A stretch of DNA of 64,000 nt from Gracilinanus agilis (lineage: Eukaryota). The stretch lies in contig NC_058132.1 of the NCBI RefSeq assembly GCF_016433145.1, positions 494,775,127-494,839,126 of the forward strand. Direction: 5' to 3'. The notes below the pieces were generated by a model. It made no database searches. It saw nothing but the letters and a program-made list of their open reading frames with translations, and was not told the DNA's origin. Made by a program: the position numbers and the translations under genes. This document shows positions 47,658 to 60,755 of this stretch, one piece after another (within the stretch, counting starts at the first letter, position 1; each line of letters starts with the position of its first letter).

Positions 47658-49104
47658 AAATATTTAGGATAAATTAAGTTCTTCCTGAGAAGGGAAAAAC
47701 AGCTTAAGCAGGAAAGGGGGAAAAAAAGTAATCAGCAAATCAGAATATCCTCAAAGGAATTGGTTCTTTCCACCTTGCTAGAAGATTTAAATGACTATAT
47801 TTCAAATATTCAAATTTCATAAAAGATAGGAAGGATTCTTTCCTTTTTTGCATAATTCAGACCTAAATTTAGGTCATATGGTCACAAAAGTAATAACTGC
47901 CTCATTGTAAAACAAAGGAAAAACATTCATACACCTCCTGGATGAACAAATCATCCTGGATTGTTAAGTACAATCTAGGTATTGCTCTTTCGGTTAGAAG
48001 ACACAAAGTTAAAACTTTTCCTCCTAGTAAAATGATGAGATTTGTCACGTGAGAGGTAGTCAGGAATAATACCTTCATCAGTTTCATTTTCAATTAAATG
48101 GTACTGGAGCCTTGCTCAGCTGCTACTGTTTCTGACCTGTGGAATTCAAGTCTGGACTTCAGAACCAATGGATGTCAGAGTGGGTCAGGGCTGTGACTTG
48201 CATCCCTGGGCCTTAGGTAGGGAGACAGCTCCATCAGAGATGCAGCAATAAAGCAGCTATGAATGGGTACATCTGGGTGTCTGTGTGTTTGTATGTGTGT
48301 ATGGAGCTGGCTGAGCTTTCCAAAAGCTGACCTTGAGTTAAGCAGAATTATTCTTCATGGGCCAACCACTAGAGGGGGAGATAATCCCACAGAACTGAAC
48401 AGCCCTGACACACCGCCTTTGATAATGCCCAGTTGTATGGGGACACCTGAAGAAAACCATACAGGTTCTTTGGATTTACAAGACATTATGGCCAAATATC
48501 AACTTCCAAGTATGAAAATCCAGGCGTTCCCTGTGTGTTTACAAAGGCATAAATATGTAAGAAAACAGTTATATGTGTATGACTATCTCCTTATAGCTAT
48601 AAACATATGGGTAAAAATGAATAAGCATTATATCGGCTTAAATATAGGTAATAATTTTAGCATGAGATCTTTCTGAAAGGAAAACTATAAAGGAATTCAA
48701 TGAAAATTAATTCTCATACCCTATGCTGAGATTTTATATATGCCAGACTGGAGGGAAATGCACGTTATAGTTAGAATGCTGTAATGTGTATATGGATGAT
48801 TCACTTACATACGTGTATGGATATACATAAATATGTAATATGTATAGACAGAAACTCATTGTATAGATCTCCATAGACATACTATTTGAAGAGCGGTAAG
48901 GACAGATTATTTGGAAGACTGTAATTCACTATGAAGAATATGAAAGAGGAAAGGAGAATGGAAACTTAAAATTGGTTAAGATGATTTCTCAAAATTGCAG
49001 AAAGGAATAGAGTTTGCAGTTTTATGTGACTTTATGATTTGGGAAGTATTCTAGTTAGGAATCTGATGGTCACTGACCCTTTAAATAGCTGGTCTAATAA
49101 CATA

Positions 49105-49270
49105 TATTTCTAGCACAGTGGAAAGGGTCCTACATTTGGAGTCTGGAGCTGTGAGTTTAAAGCCTACCTTGGCTTATATCCCTGTGATCTTTGTTCACCC
49201 ATCTATGCTTCAGTTTCCTGGAGGGTAAGATTAAAGGCCACTAAAGCCTCTTCCAAACAAACAAATCCTA
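49105..49270 (+). mobile_element. MIR
   Basis: cacagtggaaagggtcc...ggagtctggagctgtgagttt...cttcagtttcct. Confidence 0.65.
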
Positions 49271-49762
49271 TAATCCTCAAAAACAAAAGCAAAACAAAAT
49301 GAAAATTTTACTTTTATATTCCAAGATTTAACAGTTATAGTTTCTTGCTGCTACTCAGTAAACCTAGTGGACAGTTTCATGAATCTCTGTAGCTAAAATA
49401 TTTCAGAATCTGGTGGACAGATTTCTATTTCAGACCTGGGGTTGTCCTCAGACAAATGATAGACAGTCCATTATGAAATACACATTCAAAATCTTGATAA
49501 CTTGGTAGGACTTTTCAGAGCTTATGCTCAATTGGAATAGCCTTTAAAAAACTAGAATCCTCTTCTTTAAGGAGTGGCTTTGGTGGAGGAAGTTTGTTGG
49601 TTATAGTTTTTGCAACTACTATATAATGAATGAATTCAAGTAGATAAAGAAAAGAATAAAAAACACACTTCATCATAACTGTAAAAATTATTATGAGGAT
49701 GTAGGAGGAAAAGTTTTATGTTTTTAATAACATTTATACGTGCTATTATCATTATCTCTATT

Positions 49763-49858
49763 CTATACATGAGGAAATTGAGGCAGACAAAGATTAAGGG
49801 ATTTGCCCAGTCATACAGCTAGTGTCTGAGGTCAGATATGAACTTGTCTCCCTGACTC
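49763..49858 (-). mobile_element. CORE-SINE fragment (left arm of an inverted pair)
   Basis: atgaggaaattgaggcag...atttgcccagtcatacagctagtgtctgaggtcag...cctgactc. Confidence 0.8.
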
Positions 49859-49870
49859 TTGCCAGGCTTA

Positions 49871-50060
49871 GAGTCAGGAAGACCTGAGTTCAAATTCGGC
49901 CTTAGACACTGAATAGCTGTGTAACGTGGGGAAGTCATTTAACTCTATTTGCCTCAGTTTCTCATCCATAGAGTAAGATAGGAAAGGAAATGGCAAACCA
50001 CTCTTGTTTCTTTGCCAAAAAATCTCATATGGGGTCATGAAGAATTGGAAACAACTCCCT
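49871..50060 (+). mobile_element. MAR1-type SINE, 5'-truncated (right arm)
   Basis: gagtcaggaagacctgagttcaaat...gaaatggcaaaccactc...ctttgccaa. Confidence 0.85.
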
Positions 50061-50159
50061 GACTCCCTCTGTCCTTCTGAATGGACTTCAGCTATGGTTA
50101 ACATCTTCATGCCAATAATGTTTCTTGCTTGGAAAACACCTTTGTTTCCTGGTTTCCAA

Positions 50160-50575
50160 CTTTGTACATAGAAATCATTTCATATATGCCATCCTATGGC
50201 ATGGAGTCTCTTTATATAACTAGGTATTATCAATGCCATTTCATCCCCCTATTCAATAAACTCCAGTGCTTCTCTATTGTCTCAATAACAAAATGTTTGT
50301 ATAGTCCTTCAAAATTTGGCCTCCAAATATCTTTCCAGCCTCGTTTTACATTATTCCCCTTCTCAAACTATGTCATCCAAAATGGCTCTATCTCTGTTTC
50401 TTAGATACTACCTTTCATCACCATTTGTGCCTTTGTATTCACTAGCTACCTGGAATGTACTCTCCACCTCATCCCCACCTCATAGAATCCCTCTCTTCTT
50501 TCAGGACACAGCTTCAGCATAAATGTCTACGTGGAGGCTTTCTTGATTCCTCCAAAACAATAATGCTTCCTGACC
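50160..50575 (+). mobile_element. L2 fragment
   Basis: aaactccagtgcttctctattg...ttgtgcctttg...cctggaatgtactctcc...ggaggctttcttgattcc. Confidence 0.75.
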
Positions 50576-52106
50576 GATTAGCAGTCTGTGGGAGATGATT
50601 TTTTAAATTTCACTTCCTAGTTAGCACATAATCTGACTTTGCCTAGAACAAAATCAAGTAGGTTATCCTACTTTTTATCGTGTTGCCACATAAAGTAACA
50701 TCATCTATGTAGCAAGTGTCACAACAGGTCTATAGAGAGGTGATAGTGCTTTATTCCTAGGTGTCTGTGAGACTTAAATTTGACACTGGATATCATATCT
50801 GACATCCTTGAAAACTCAATTAGCTTCATATATTTAACATGAGCTATTGGCCAGAATCAAGATAGCAAGATTTAAGAATAGAAATGATCTACTGGAAATG
50901 CTAATAGTTAGTGAAAAAGCCCACACAGTGCAGGAGGAAAGTATGGATAATAGGGGAATATTTACATAATTCCAAGATTCATGCTAAATATATCACATCA
51001 TAGAGCATTTGAATTAGAAGAGAACTGAAAAAGCCATCTAATCTAATTTTTCCATTTTATACATGTGTAAATTGAAGCCTGGGCTAATTGTGATGTTTTC
51101 AAAGTCATATAGGAAGTGGCAGAGACCCAGGCTATCTAGCTCTTCAGTGAGTACCTTTTCCCCATGCAGTTGGTTTCTTCCAAGATCAGAGAGGGCAAAA
51201 TATTACTTGCCAAAGAATATTTTTCTGTTTCACGGTAGATCTTTTGGACAAGAAAAGTTTCTAACAAACTAGTGCAGAATGATTTGAATTCTTTAACTCT
51301 GGAGTTATTTATCCAGAGATTGGATGACTACTATGCACATTTATTCTGGATGAAAACTCATTCATCAATTAGAAGACTAAGCTAGATTATCTCCAAGGTC
51401 CCTTTTGACTCTAAAACTCTAGAATTTAGGGGAAGAGAAAAACTACCCCATAATAGGCTTAGATTTATAAAGACCTATTTTTTTCATTATATGGAATTTC
51501 ATACATATTTTCAGGCCATTCTTCAAATCACTCTATTGCATAGATGAAGCAAGTTTAATTCCATTTCATAATACATCTTAGAGAAATGAAGTGTCTTGCC
51601 CAATGTCAAATACAGGGTAGTTGGAAGAGCTGAGTTTGGAACCGAGGACTGAAAACTCCAAATTCTGTTTTCTTTCTGATACTTCAAAGTTTCTCTCTGG
51701 CTATTCAGCTGATTTACCTATATGCTCAATGTAATTCAGAAGGGAACTGTGAAGGCAAACAAAGCTAATATGATCTTGGATTGTATCAAAAGACGTGTTC
51801 AAAATCAAGAATCTTCTTCTTGAAGTGCATAAAGAACTACTCACTCTGACCAGACTTTTCAGCACTTGGAAACATTCAATGTCTCATATTTAGAGATACA
51901 AAAGACTTTAAAGGATGTTTAGTCCAATTTTTCATTTTATAAATGAGGAAACAGACATTAAGAAGTAAAGTGATTTGCCCAAAGTCATACAGCTAATAAA
52001 TTCCTATGGTTCTTTGCATCATGCTGTGCTGTGTCTCACATCATCCAGGACATATTTGCCTAGAAAATGAGGCAATAACCATGTGGTAAGATTGAGTGAA
52101 TGGGGT

Positions 52107-52307
52107 GGGGTGTATTAGTGGCTCAGTGATTGAGAGCCAGGCCTAGAGACAGGTCGTCCTGGATTCAAAACTGACTGCAGACACTTCGTAGCTGTAAGAC
52201 CCTGGCCAAATCACTTAACCCCAAATGCCTAGTCCTTCCTACTCTTCTGCCTTGGAGCCACTACTTAGTATTGTTTCCAAGATGGAAGGTAAGAGTTTAA
52301 AAAAAAA
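52107..52307 (+). mobile_element. SINE1_Mdo-type SINE
   Basis: Head, CORE and tail with poly-A; degenerate 16-bp TSD aagattgagtgaatgg (52088-52103) / aagattgaatggatgg (52306-52321). Confidence 0.88.
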
Positions 52308-52323
52308 GATTGAATGGATGGAC

Positions 52324-52381
52324 AATTTGTTATACATTTCTACATTAAAGAGAATTTGGTATACATTTCTACATTAAAGAG
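52324..52381. repeat. 29-bp tandem duplication (1 mismatch)
   Basis: AATTTG(T/G)TATACATTTCTACATTAAAGAG x2. Confidence 0.95.
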
Positions 52382-52694
52382 AACCAGGAGAAGACCTCCA
52401 CCACCATAGTAATCTCTTAGGGAAATAATTAAAAGAGAGGCAATCATGTATGGAGGGGATGCAGTCTGCCTCTATTGACAGAGTACACCCACAGTGAGGA
52501 AACCTTAGATCCCTCAAAATATCTCCAAATTCAGGCCAGTGAATATGGCTGAGACATACAGTCTTCACATACTAGTTACTTATTTCCTTTTCCTTTCAAG
52601 TCAGAATTTTAGGTGGTTATTATTCAGTGGTCCTTATCAAGACTTCTAAGAAGAAAATTAGGACTGAGGAATGAGAAAATCAATTTCAAATAAT

Positions 52695-52930
52695 AATGAT
52701 TAGAATTTATACAGTGCTTTATGTTTACAAATAACTTACAAATAGTTGATCATTTTATCCTCACAACAATCCTAAATCCCAGGATTTAGGAGCCATTATT
52801 ATCTCCATTTTTTAAAATCTGAGGACATTAAGGCAGGTAGAGGTAAAGGGATTTGTCCATGGTCATATAGCTTGGAATTATGTGGGATTTAATTTGAATT
52901 CAATTCTTCTTGACTTCTAGTCCAAAATGC
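52695..52930 (-). mobile_element. MIR
   Basis: cattttatcctcacaacaatcct...attattatctccatttt...ggatttgtccatggtcatatagct. Confidence 0.75.
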
Positions 52931-53385
52931 TTTATTTTTAAAATTATTCAATTAATTTGTTTGCTTGTTGCATAAAAATCCTTAATGAATCTCCTTTTCT
53001 CTCCTACCCCCCAAAAGAGAAGGCATAATTTGACAAAAAGACATGCATATATAAAAACTATGTCTCACTTATTTCTATTTATTAATTTTTTTCTCTAGAG
53101 GTGGATATACCCGCAAGTTATTCTTCAAACAATGTCTCTTTTGCTGTATATGATGTTTTCTTGGTTTTGCTCATTTCTCTCTTCATAATGGTCTTCCATT
53201 TAAAAAAATTAAATTGCTCATATGCCACAACTTGCTTAATCATTTCCCAACTGATGGGAATCTCTTTAATTTCGAATTCTTGGCCATCACAAAGAGAGCT
53301 GCTATAAATATTTTAGAATGTATAGGTTCTTTTCCTTTTTCCCTCATCACCTTAGGAAACAAACATAATAGTGGCATTACTGTAT
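52930..53385 (-). mobile_element. L1 3' region fragment
   Basis: gccacaacttgcttaatcatttcccaactgatgggaatc...aattctttggccatcacaaagagagctgctataaatatt: antisense L1 ORF2 C-terminus. Confidence 0.85.
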
Positions 53386-53804
53386 GCTTTCTACTATACT
53401 ACAATGTCTATCTGTCCTTTGCATCTTAGGAACTTTATTGAAGACCTCATTTTAATTTGGAAAACTTATGTCAATATTCTCTGGATCCCCATAGTCATCA
53501 TTAAAAGCATAATATATGTCATGCTAAGATGTGAATGGTGAGGATACATTATTAAGACCAGTACATGCATTTTATTCAATTTTTTTTACTGAAAAGATGA
53601 CTATAATATTAAATTGCTTCATGCTGAAAAGTATAAAACATTTATATTCTGATAATTTCAAAGATATATCTGAGGTTGCAAAGGATGTCATATTAGTTCT
53701 AGATCTAAATACTTAAAATATAAGACAATTTTTAAAAGAAATTTTCAAAGTAAAACAAAATAAAACAAAACAACTTAATACCTGCAATACTATAATGTCC
53801 AAAA

Positions 53805-54130
53805 TCAGAGAGGCAACGATCCTGTTAGGTTCTGCTTTGATCAGATCAAATTCAGAGTTCTGGATATTACAGATTCAAATGGATATTCAGGAGCTGAATA
53901 CTCACCTAGAAATCCAGTGTTGTTTTACATATAATAGGCACTTAATAAATGATTCCTGGATGAATGAATGAACAAGTGATCTGGAGAGAATGCCATATGA
54001 GGACCAAATGAATTAACTGGGGAGGCCAAGTATTGAGAAGGTAGGACCAAGGGGACAGGGACACATCTTTAAATATTAGAAAAATTATTGCCTAAGAAAA
54101 CCTCATTCTGTTTGAACCCTAGGAACAAGT
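53805..54130 (+). mobile_element. CR1/L3 fragment interrupted by an L2 tail (about 53910-53970)
   Basis: gttctgctttgatcagatc...ctggagagaatgccatatgaggacc; insert ataggcacttaataaatgattcctggatgaatgaatg. Confidence 0.6.
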
Positions 54131-54739
54131 GGTACATGTTTTGGAGGACTAAGAAAAGATGACCACTGAACTCTCATCTAACACTAATTTTCTGCCATTC
54201 TACAACTTTAGAAAACATAGAAAGATTATGAAACAGGCTTCCTGAAGTACTCTACTTCCACTCATCTGTATGTGAAGTAGCAGAGAGCTTCCAAGTATAA
54301 CTCATGCTTGTAGGGACCTTACCATCATTCTCCAACTTTCATAACATTGTACAGAAGCTGGTGGCTGTCATTCATTAAAAGCATCAGTTTAAAGAGGTTT
54401 TCAAGTCACCTGAAAAGCGTGAAGGAGATGTTGTGCCATCTTTAGTAAGTGCTAAAGCAACACTATGTTTCTGTGTTCTCAGAAACTTAAGAGTTCGCAA
54501 GCAAATAACACAAGCTTAATGTGTGAACTATTGTTTAACCATACCAAATGTTTTTACATTTATCCAAATCTTTACCTTCATAGAATGTCTAGTTTTATGG
54601 ATTTCCTTCTAAAGGACTGAACTATGCACTCCTCAAAACTAATAGCACACCTGTGATTTAAGCACATTTAAGGACATAAGATGGCATTAATATTTCAATA
54701 ACCACACCATTTTTTACAAAGTAATAAGATCATACATCA

Positions 54740-54920
54740 AGTAGGGGAATCAAAGGTCATCTAGTTACCCCCCTCTCATTTTACAAATGAGTAAACTGAG
54801 GTCTATGGATTTTTAAATGAGGTGCCCAAGATTACAAAAGGTAGTGAACACTGGAAGCTGGATTTAATTACATACAGGTCTTCTGACTCCTGAGACAGCA
54901 AGCACTCTATCCACATTACC
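54740..54920 (-). mobile_element. MIR
   Basis: aaggtcatctagtt...cattttacaaatgagtaaactgagg...caggtcttctgactcc. Confidence 0.75.
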
Positions 54921-55050
54921 TCGTTGACTAGTATGCTTTCCCTATATTTTGTTATCAAAAACAACTAAAAATTTAAAACAGCATCAACAATTTGATCCAA
55001 AATAGTGTTTGGTAAATGCATAAACCATTAGCTAGTATGTGTAGAAGAAT

Positions 55051-55292
55051 GCAACTAGGTGGCACAGTGAATAGAGTACCACACCTGGAGACAAAAAGAC
55101 TCATATTCCTGAATTAAAATTTAGCCTCAAACACTTCTTAGCTATGTGACCTGGGCAAATCATTTAAACCTATTTGCTTTAGGCTTCCCATTTTAAAAAT
55201 GATCTGGAGAAAGAAATGGCAAACCACTCTAGTGTCTCTGCCAAGAAAATCTCAAAGGGGATCACAAAGAATCTGAAATGACTGAATAAAAA
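55051..55292 (+). mobile_element. MAR1-type SINE
   Basis: gcaactaggtggcacagtgaatagag head; tail ctggagaaagaaatggcaaaccactctagtgtctctgccaagaaaa. Confidence 0.88.
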
Positions 55293-55372
55293 AGTGGTTT
55301 TCTCTTGAGGTTTCTTATAGCTTTCATTTTGATGCAATGGCAATAAAAAAGATGCTTAACATATACTTTGGA

Positions 55373-55552
55373 GGGCAGCTTGGTGGCTCAGTGGATAGAG
55401 AGCCAGACCTAGAGACAGAATCCTGAGTTCAAATCTGACTTCAGACACTTCCTAGCTATGTGATCCTGGGCAACCCCCATTGCCTACCCCTTACCTCTCT
55501 TCTGCCTTGTAATCAATATACAGTACTGTTTTTAAGATGGAAGATAAGAGTT
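55373..55552 (+). mobile_element. SINE1_Mdo-type SINE
   Basis: gggcagcttggtggctcagtggatagagagcc...ccccattgcctacccttacc. Confidence 0.88.
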
Positions 55553-57619
55553 AGAAATTCCTTCTAGTATTAAACACATTATTCTGAGAAGAGACCATAA
55601 ACTTCACCATACTGCCCAAGGTTCATGACACATTGAAGATAAAGAAGCCCTTGTCTAGGATTACCAACAATTTGGTTGTATTCTAACAAACTCTGTCTGC
55701 TAAAATGCAAACTGTAATTAAACAATGTTATGTTTAATAGAGGTGGCATGTCCTGTCCTCAGAAAAACAACAACAAAAACTATTAAGAAAATCTCTCTCC
55801 CTGGTTGGTGGGCAATGGGTAAAAAAAAAGGACATCAACTTGGCATCAAAGATACATCAACCCAGGCACATCCAGAGGCCAACAACCAATTAGCATAATC
55901 AAGTGTAATATCAAGGCGGCTGTCCTGGACTTCTCAACTTTCACTTTTCACCAATGTGTGCCTAGCCAACTTGCAATGGGTTACATTTTATTGCTATCTG
56001 GCAACATCCTATAGACTCCACTCCAACTACATAAGTCTTCAGGAAAGGCAAATCAGTGTGAAATTTCACCAACTTCTGTTTATATGGAATGTCTTATTTA
56101 GGAAAATCAAATGCAGGTTTTGGCATTTCCATGACCAGTCCCAATTTTCATTTCTCTTTAGCAATTCAGTTAAGGACTTCTGCCAAAGTAAACAAGCATG
56201 AAATGGATTTTCCATAGTAGTTGAGTTATTTAATGAAAACTCAGGAACTGAGAACATTGTAGAGTCCTATTACAAACATTCATAGCCTCAATTTTTTTCC
56301 TGTGTTGGGTGAACGTTTCATCAACATCTAATTTATGATCTACTAAGAAATTGATGATATCATCATGGCTTTTTCATGGTAACTTTATTTCAGGCAGCTC
56401 AAAATGTTTTATCATGCTCTGTATCATGATCCTTTAATTCCTTCACAATTCAGTGAAGGTTACTAGACTCTGTCCTTTGACCAATCCCAGATTCATCACC
56501 ATTTTTTTTCTCAACATATGCAAATAATGACAGTCAAAATCTTAGGAGTATATGCACTGACTACAGGGTTCAGCATTAATCTCTATTTGTTAGAAACTCA
56601 AAGACTATTCTGACAAACTAACATCAAAATTATAATACCATCTTAAAATAATAGTCCTGAATTACTTAAGTCTGATGCTGATATCCATACAAAATTATAA
56701 AATTATCATCCACACCATATATGTTATGCATTTTCAACTCTTGTGGGGAATATTTTCATTTGGGACTTTCATCCAGGAATTAGACATGAAAATTTCTTAC
56801 ATGCAACCCTTTCTTTCCTTGATTCTGGGTGAAAATGATGCAGGTTTCATTGTTCTGAACTGCTTCAACACTATCAGAGGCTATGAAGGCCAACAATACT
56901 CTGATTAAAGAAATTCTTTTTTGTCCAGTTGAAAAAAATAAGAGTAGACAAGTCAGGACTTGAATAATATTAATAAATTATTTGAAATGTATGAATTACA
57001 AGAGAGAAATTTTATTAATTATATAAATATTAAAAAAGGGACAGAAGTAGCCAGCAGGTTAATAATGAATATTTCAAAAGCTAGCATTCAAAAATGATGC
57101 TTCTTAATTATGTTCATTTACAGATTTCTGAGGGAAAGGGTGCTAATGGGGCAAAAGAATTTAAATACATAAAAGGAAATGAATCCAAGAGAAATGAAGA
57201 AGAAAAGCTGAAGGCAGAAAGACATGTAAATAAGATGTAAATACACAGGTACTATTTCTTTGAAATATATTGACATAAAATCTTCCTTTTTATACTTTAG
57301 ATTTTAGGAGGTAAATTACAATAATTCCAATAAAGTGAAAAATGCTAAATAAGTTGACATTATATTAAACTTTTTGCCAAATTTCAAAATAGATCTTAGC
57401 CTGTTAACACCTCATAAATAATCATGAAGAAACTCATATTGTCAAAATAAATTTTTCTCAAGTCTGAGTGTACAACTGTTTCTAAATGCCCAAGTGTCTG
57501 TCAAGGTCACTAAATAAGATTTTTGTGGTCCTCAAGGTCAAAATGACTTAACAGTGTAGTGTAGCGGCCTGATAATTTCATCTGGAAGATGGTTCGCATT
57601 AAAAGGGGCTGTGGCTTCC

Positions 57620-58184
57620 AGCCAGGTGATAGTCCTTCTTAACTCTCATAAGGCCTCAACTGAAATAGCATTGTGTGAAGTTCCATGCACCACAATTTAA
57701 GAAGGGCAGCGATAAGCTGGAAAGTGACCAGAGGAATAAAACCAGGATTGTGAAAGATCTTAAGTCAGTGTCATGTGACAATTGGTTGTGGAACTTTGGC
57801 ATGATTAGAGAAGATTCAAGTGAGATATAATATCTGTCTTCAAGTAATTGAAAGGTTGTTATGTGGAAATCTTAATCGATTTGGCTCCAGAAAGCAGCAC
57901 CAATGGCAACAGGAAGATGGTGCAAAGAGGCAGATTTAGATTCAATGATAGGTGGAAACAACATTAACATCATTATCAACAACAGTACTACCAAAAATAA
58001 GAGTTATCCAAAAAATATAGTGAGCTATTTAGAGAAGTGGTACATTCCTCTTTCCTAGTGGTCTTCAAGCAGAAGCAGGATAACCAGTTGTCAGGCATGT
58101 TATAGTAGGAATTCCTTTCAGGCATGAGTTCCACTAGATGGTCTCTGAGGTTTCTTCCATCTGCTAAACTCTGCTATTCTGTGA
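57620..58184 (+). mobile_element. CR1/L3 LINE 3' end
   Basis: Classic CR1 3' motifs: gataagctggaaagtgaccagagg, gtcttcaagtaattgaaagg, gaggcagatttag, ctagatggtctctgaggtttcttcc...attctgtga. Confidence 0.85.
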
Positions 58185-58421
58185 TAAGTCTAATAGTGTG
58201 CTTTTTATAATCCCTTGAATTGGCTTGTTAACTTATTTCCTCAGCCACGAGATCTCACAGATCTGCAATGAGTAATTCAAAACATTTTTCCCTCCGTATA
58301 TTATATTTTTAGTTTCTCCTTTCTAAGACAATTGTTTGTGGGAATGGTTCTTAATTGTCTTTTCCTGCTTGAAAATTATTTGAAGGATCAGTTAGCTACC
58401 AGTCACTCTCTTGAAAGATGT

Positions 58422-59264
58422 GTTCACAACCTCATACCTATCAGATTGGCTAATATGACAAAAAAGGAAAATGATAAATGTTGGAGGGGATATGGGAAAA
58501 TTGGACACAAGTAAACTGTTAGTGAAACTGTGAACTAAGACAACCATTCTGGAGACAATTTGGAACCATGCTCAAAAGCCATAAAACTGTGCATATCGTT
58601 TGGTGCAGCAATACTACTAATAGGTCTGTATCCTAATGAGATCAAAGAGAGGAGAAAACAACCTAGGTGGGCAAAGAAATTAATAGCAGTTCTTCTTGGG
58701 ATGACAAAGAATTGGAAACTAAAGGGATGACTATCAATTAAAGAAGAGCTGGACAAGTTGTAGTATATGCCTTTAATGGAATACTCTTATGGCATAAAAA
58801 ATGACAAAAAAGATGCTCAGAAACAAACCCAGAAAGACATATAAAGTGATGCATAGGGAAGTTAGCAGAACCAGGAGAATGTTGTACACCATAACAGTAA
58901 TAGTGTACAATGATCAACTATGAATGCTTGCCTATTATCAGCAATGCAAAGATCCAAGACAAATCTAAGACTTATGATGAAAAAGACTATTCACCACCAT
59001 ACAGAGAACTGATGGAGTCTGAATGCAGATTGAAGCATACAATTTGAAACTTTATTTCCTTAATGTGATTTTTTTCCTATATAAGTGACATATGTCTTCT
59101 TTCACAACATGATGAATGTGGAAATATGTATTACATGATAGTACATATGTATCCTATATCATATGGCCTGTCATCTCAGGGAGGAGAGAGTATGAATTGC
59201 AAAACTGTCATAAAATAATTATTAAAAATTGTTTCTACTTATAATCTGGAAAAGAAAAAAAAAA
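58422..59264 (+). mobile_element. 5'-truncated L1 (ORF2 C-terminus + 3'UTR + poly-A)
   Basis: Translates HNLIPIRLANMTKKENDKCWRGYGKIG (L1 ORF2 C-terminal region); candidate TSD GAAAGATGT at 58413-58421 and 59265-59273. Confidence 0.9.
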
Positions 59265-59299
59265 GAAAGATGTTCTAGAAATCTCAGTTTCTGTTTTAA

Positions 59300-59470
59300 A
59301 ATTGATTCTGAGGATGGGTTCCAAGGAAAAAGGTGGTAAAGGCTAAGCAACTAGAGTGAAGTGATTTGCCCAGGGTGACACAGCTGGGAAGTATATGAGG
59401 CCAAATTTGATCCTAGGGACATTCCATGTCCAGGCCTGTATTTCTATCCACTGAACCACCCACCTGCCCC
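59300..59470 (-). mobile_element. Diverged SINE1_Mdo/MAR1-type SINE
   Basis: gtgatttgcccagggtgacacagctgggaagt...ctatccactgaaccacccacctgcccc. Confidence 0.8.
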
Positions 59471-60339
59471 TTCACAATATATTTTAAAACTTTATTCTGC
59501 ATAATTAATATTTTCTCCTTAATTTTCTAGACTACCTAGATAATCAACAAAACAATTTATGAGTTGCAAATGCTCACACTGAAAACTTAACAACTGCTTA
59601 TTATAGCTGTTAATATCTGGCTCTACTCTACCACTGCAAATTTCAATCAAAACAAAAATAATTTTGAAATTGTCATCTGAAATATTTAGAAGAAAAACTT
59701 TTAGCTGCCTTTCTCTTCCCAAAGACAATCACTTGAATGGGAGGCTATACAAACTGTTGATTAGTGATTGCCATATCATTTGACGGTCCAATATTTTTCC
59801 TTATTTGGAACACAACAAAAATATCGTATAATTTGATAAGTGTTTATCTCTTCTTTTTCTGTCTGTGTTCACAGGTTTAAGTTGCAGTTCAGCTCAAACC
59901 CACTTGAACGATCCCATTTGTAGATTTTCAGTGTGTGCATTTACTCCTCAGAAATTGGCAAAAACTACAAATCATGGCATGATTTATTGTCTAAAATTAA
60001 GAAAGTGATATAGAAAATGTTGACAATGTGAATTAAATTTAATTGTATGAATTAAATTTAAATATATATTGTATATACATTTATATACATTTATATGTTT
60101 TTTCTTAAAGAGTCACTTATAAAACATTTTCCAGCACATACTTGGTAGATACATAGACAGATAGAAAAACACAGACATTGATTAATGTGGACAATTCTGG
60201 GGTATTGAAAAGATAAGTGACTTACACAAGGTAATAACCATTATGTGGGGCTTGAGTCCAGGTCTTCAAGAAAAGAGGAATTTTTCAGAGATGGGAATTA
60301 TATCTAGGTCTTCCTGAAGAAAGCTAGTTTTTTGGGGAG

Positions 60340-60567
60340 AGTTGAATTTCCTCAAACACGTTACTCCTTTTCCTATCTCACCATTTTCATCTGTCTTCCA
60401 TGTCTGAAATTCTTTCCCCCTCACCTCCAGTTTTTAGTTTTCCTAGTTTTCTTGAAGACTCCACTCAAATGGTACCTTATAAGAAGGAAATCTTTTCCGG
60501 TACCATCTCAGTTGCTAATGTCTTCTCTCAGATTGTCTTTCATCTTTGTTTCATTCCTTCATCTACA

Positions 60568-60606
<39 letters not shown>

Positions 60607-60755
60607 ATGTCTCCTATATGGACCTAGTTATTTATATGTTGTCTCTTCCATTTGAATGTAAACTTCTTGAAGGTTAGGGATATTTGTGCTTTTCTCTCTA
60701 TCTCCAGCATTTAGTGTAGGGCCTGATACATACAATGCTCCTAATAAATGCTCTT
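60340..60755 (+). mobile_element. L2 3' end containing (TG)n at 60571-60603
   Basis: gaatgtaaacttcttgaagg...atctccagcatttagtgtagggcctgatac...taataaatgct. Confidence 0.8.

Noticed and set aside
48263-48676. 137-aa ORF and CTCF-like CCACTAGAGGGGGAG at 48366
   Set aside because: The ORF has no recognisable domain or splice context, and the motif lacks the conserved C of the GGC core.
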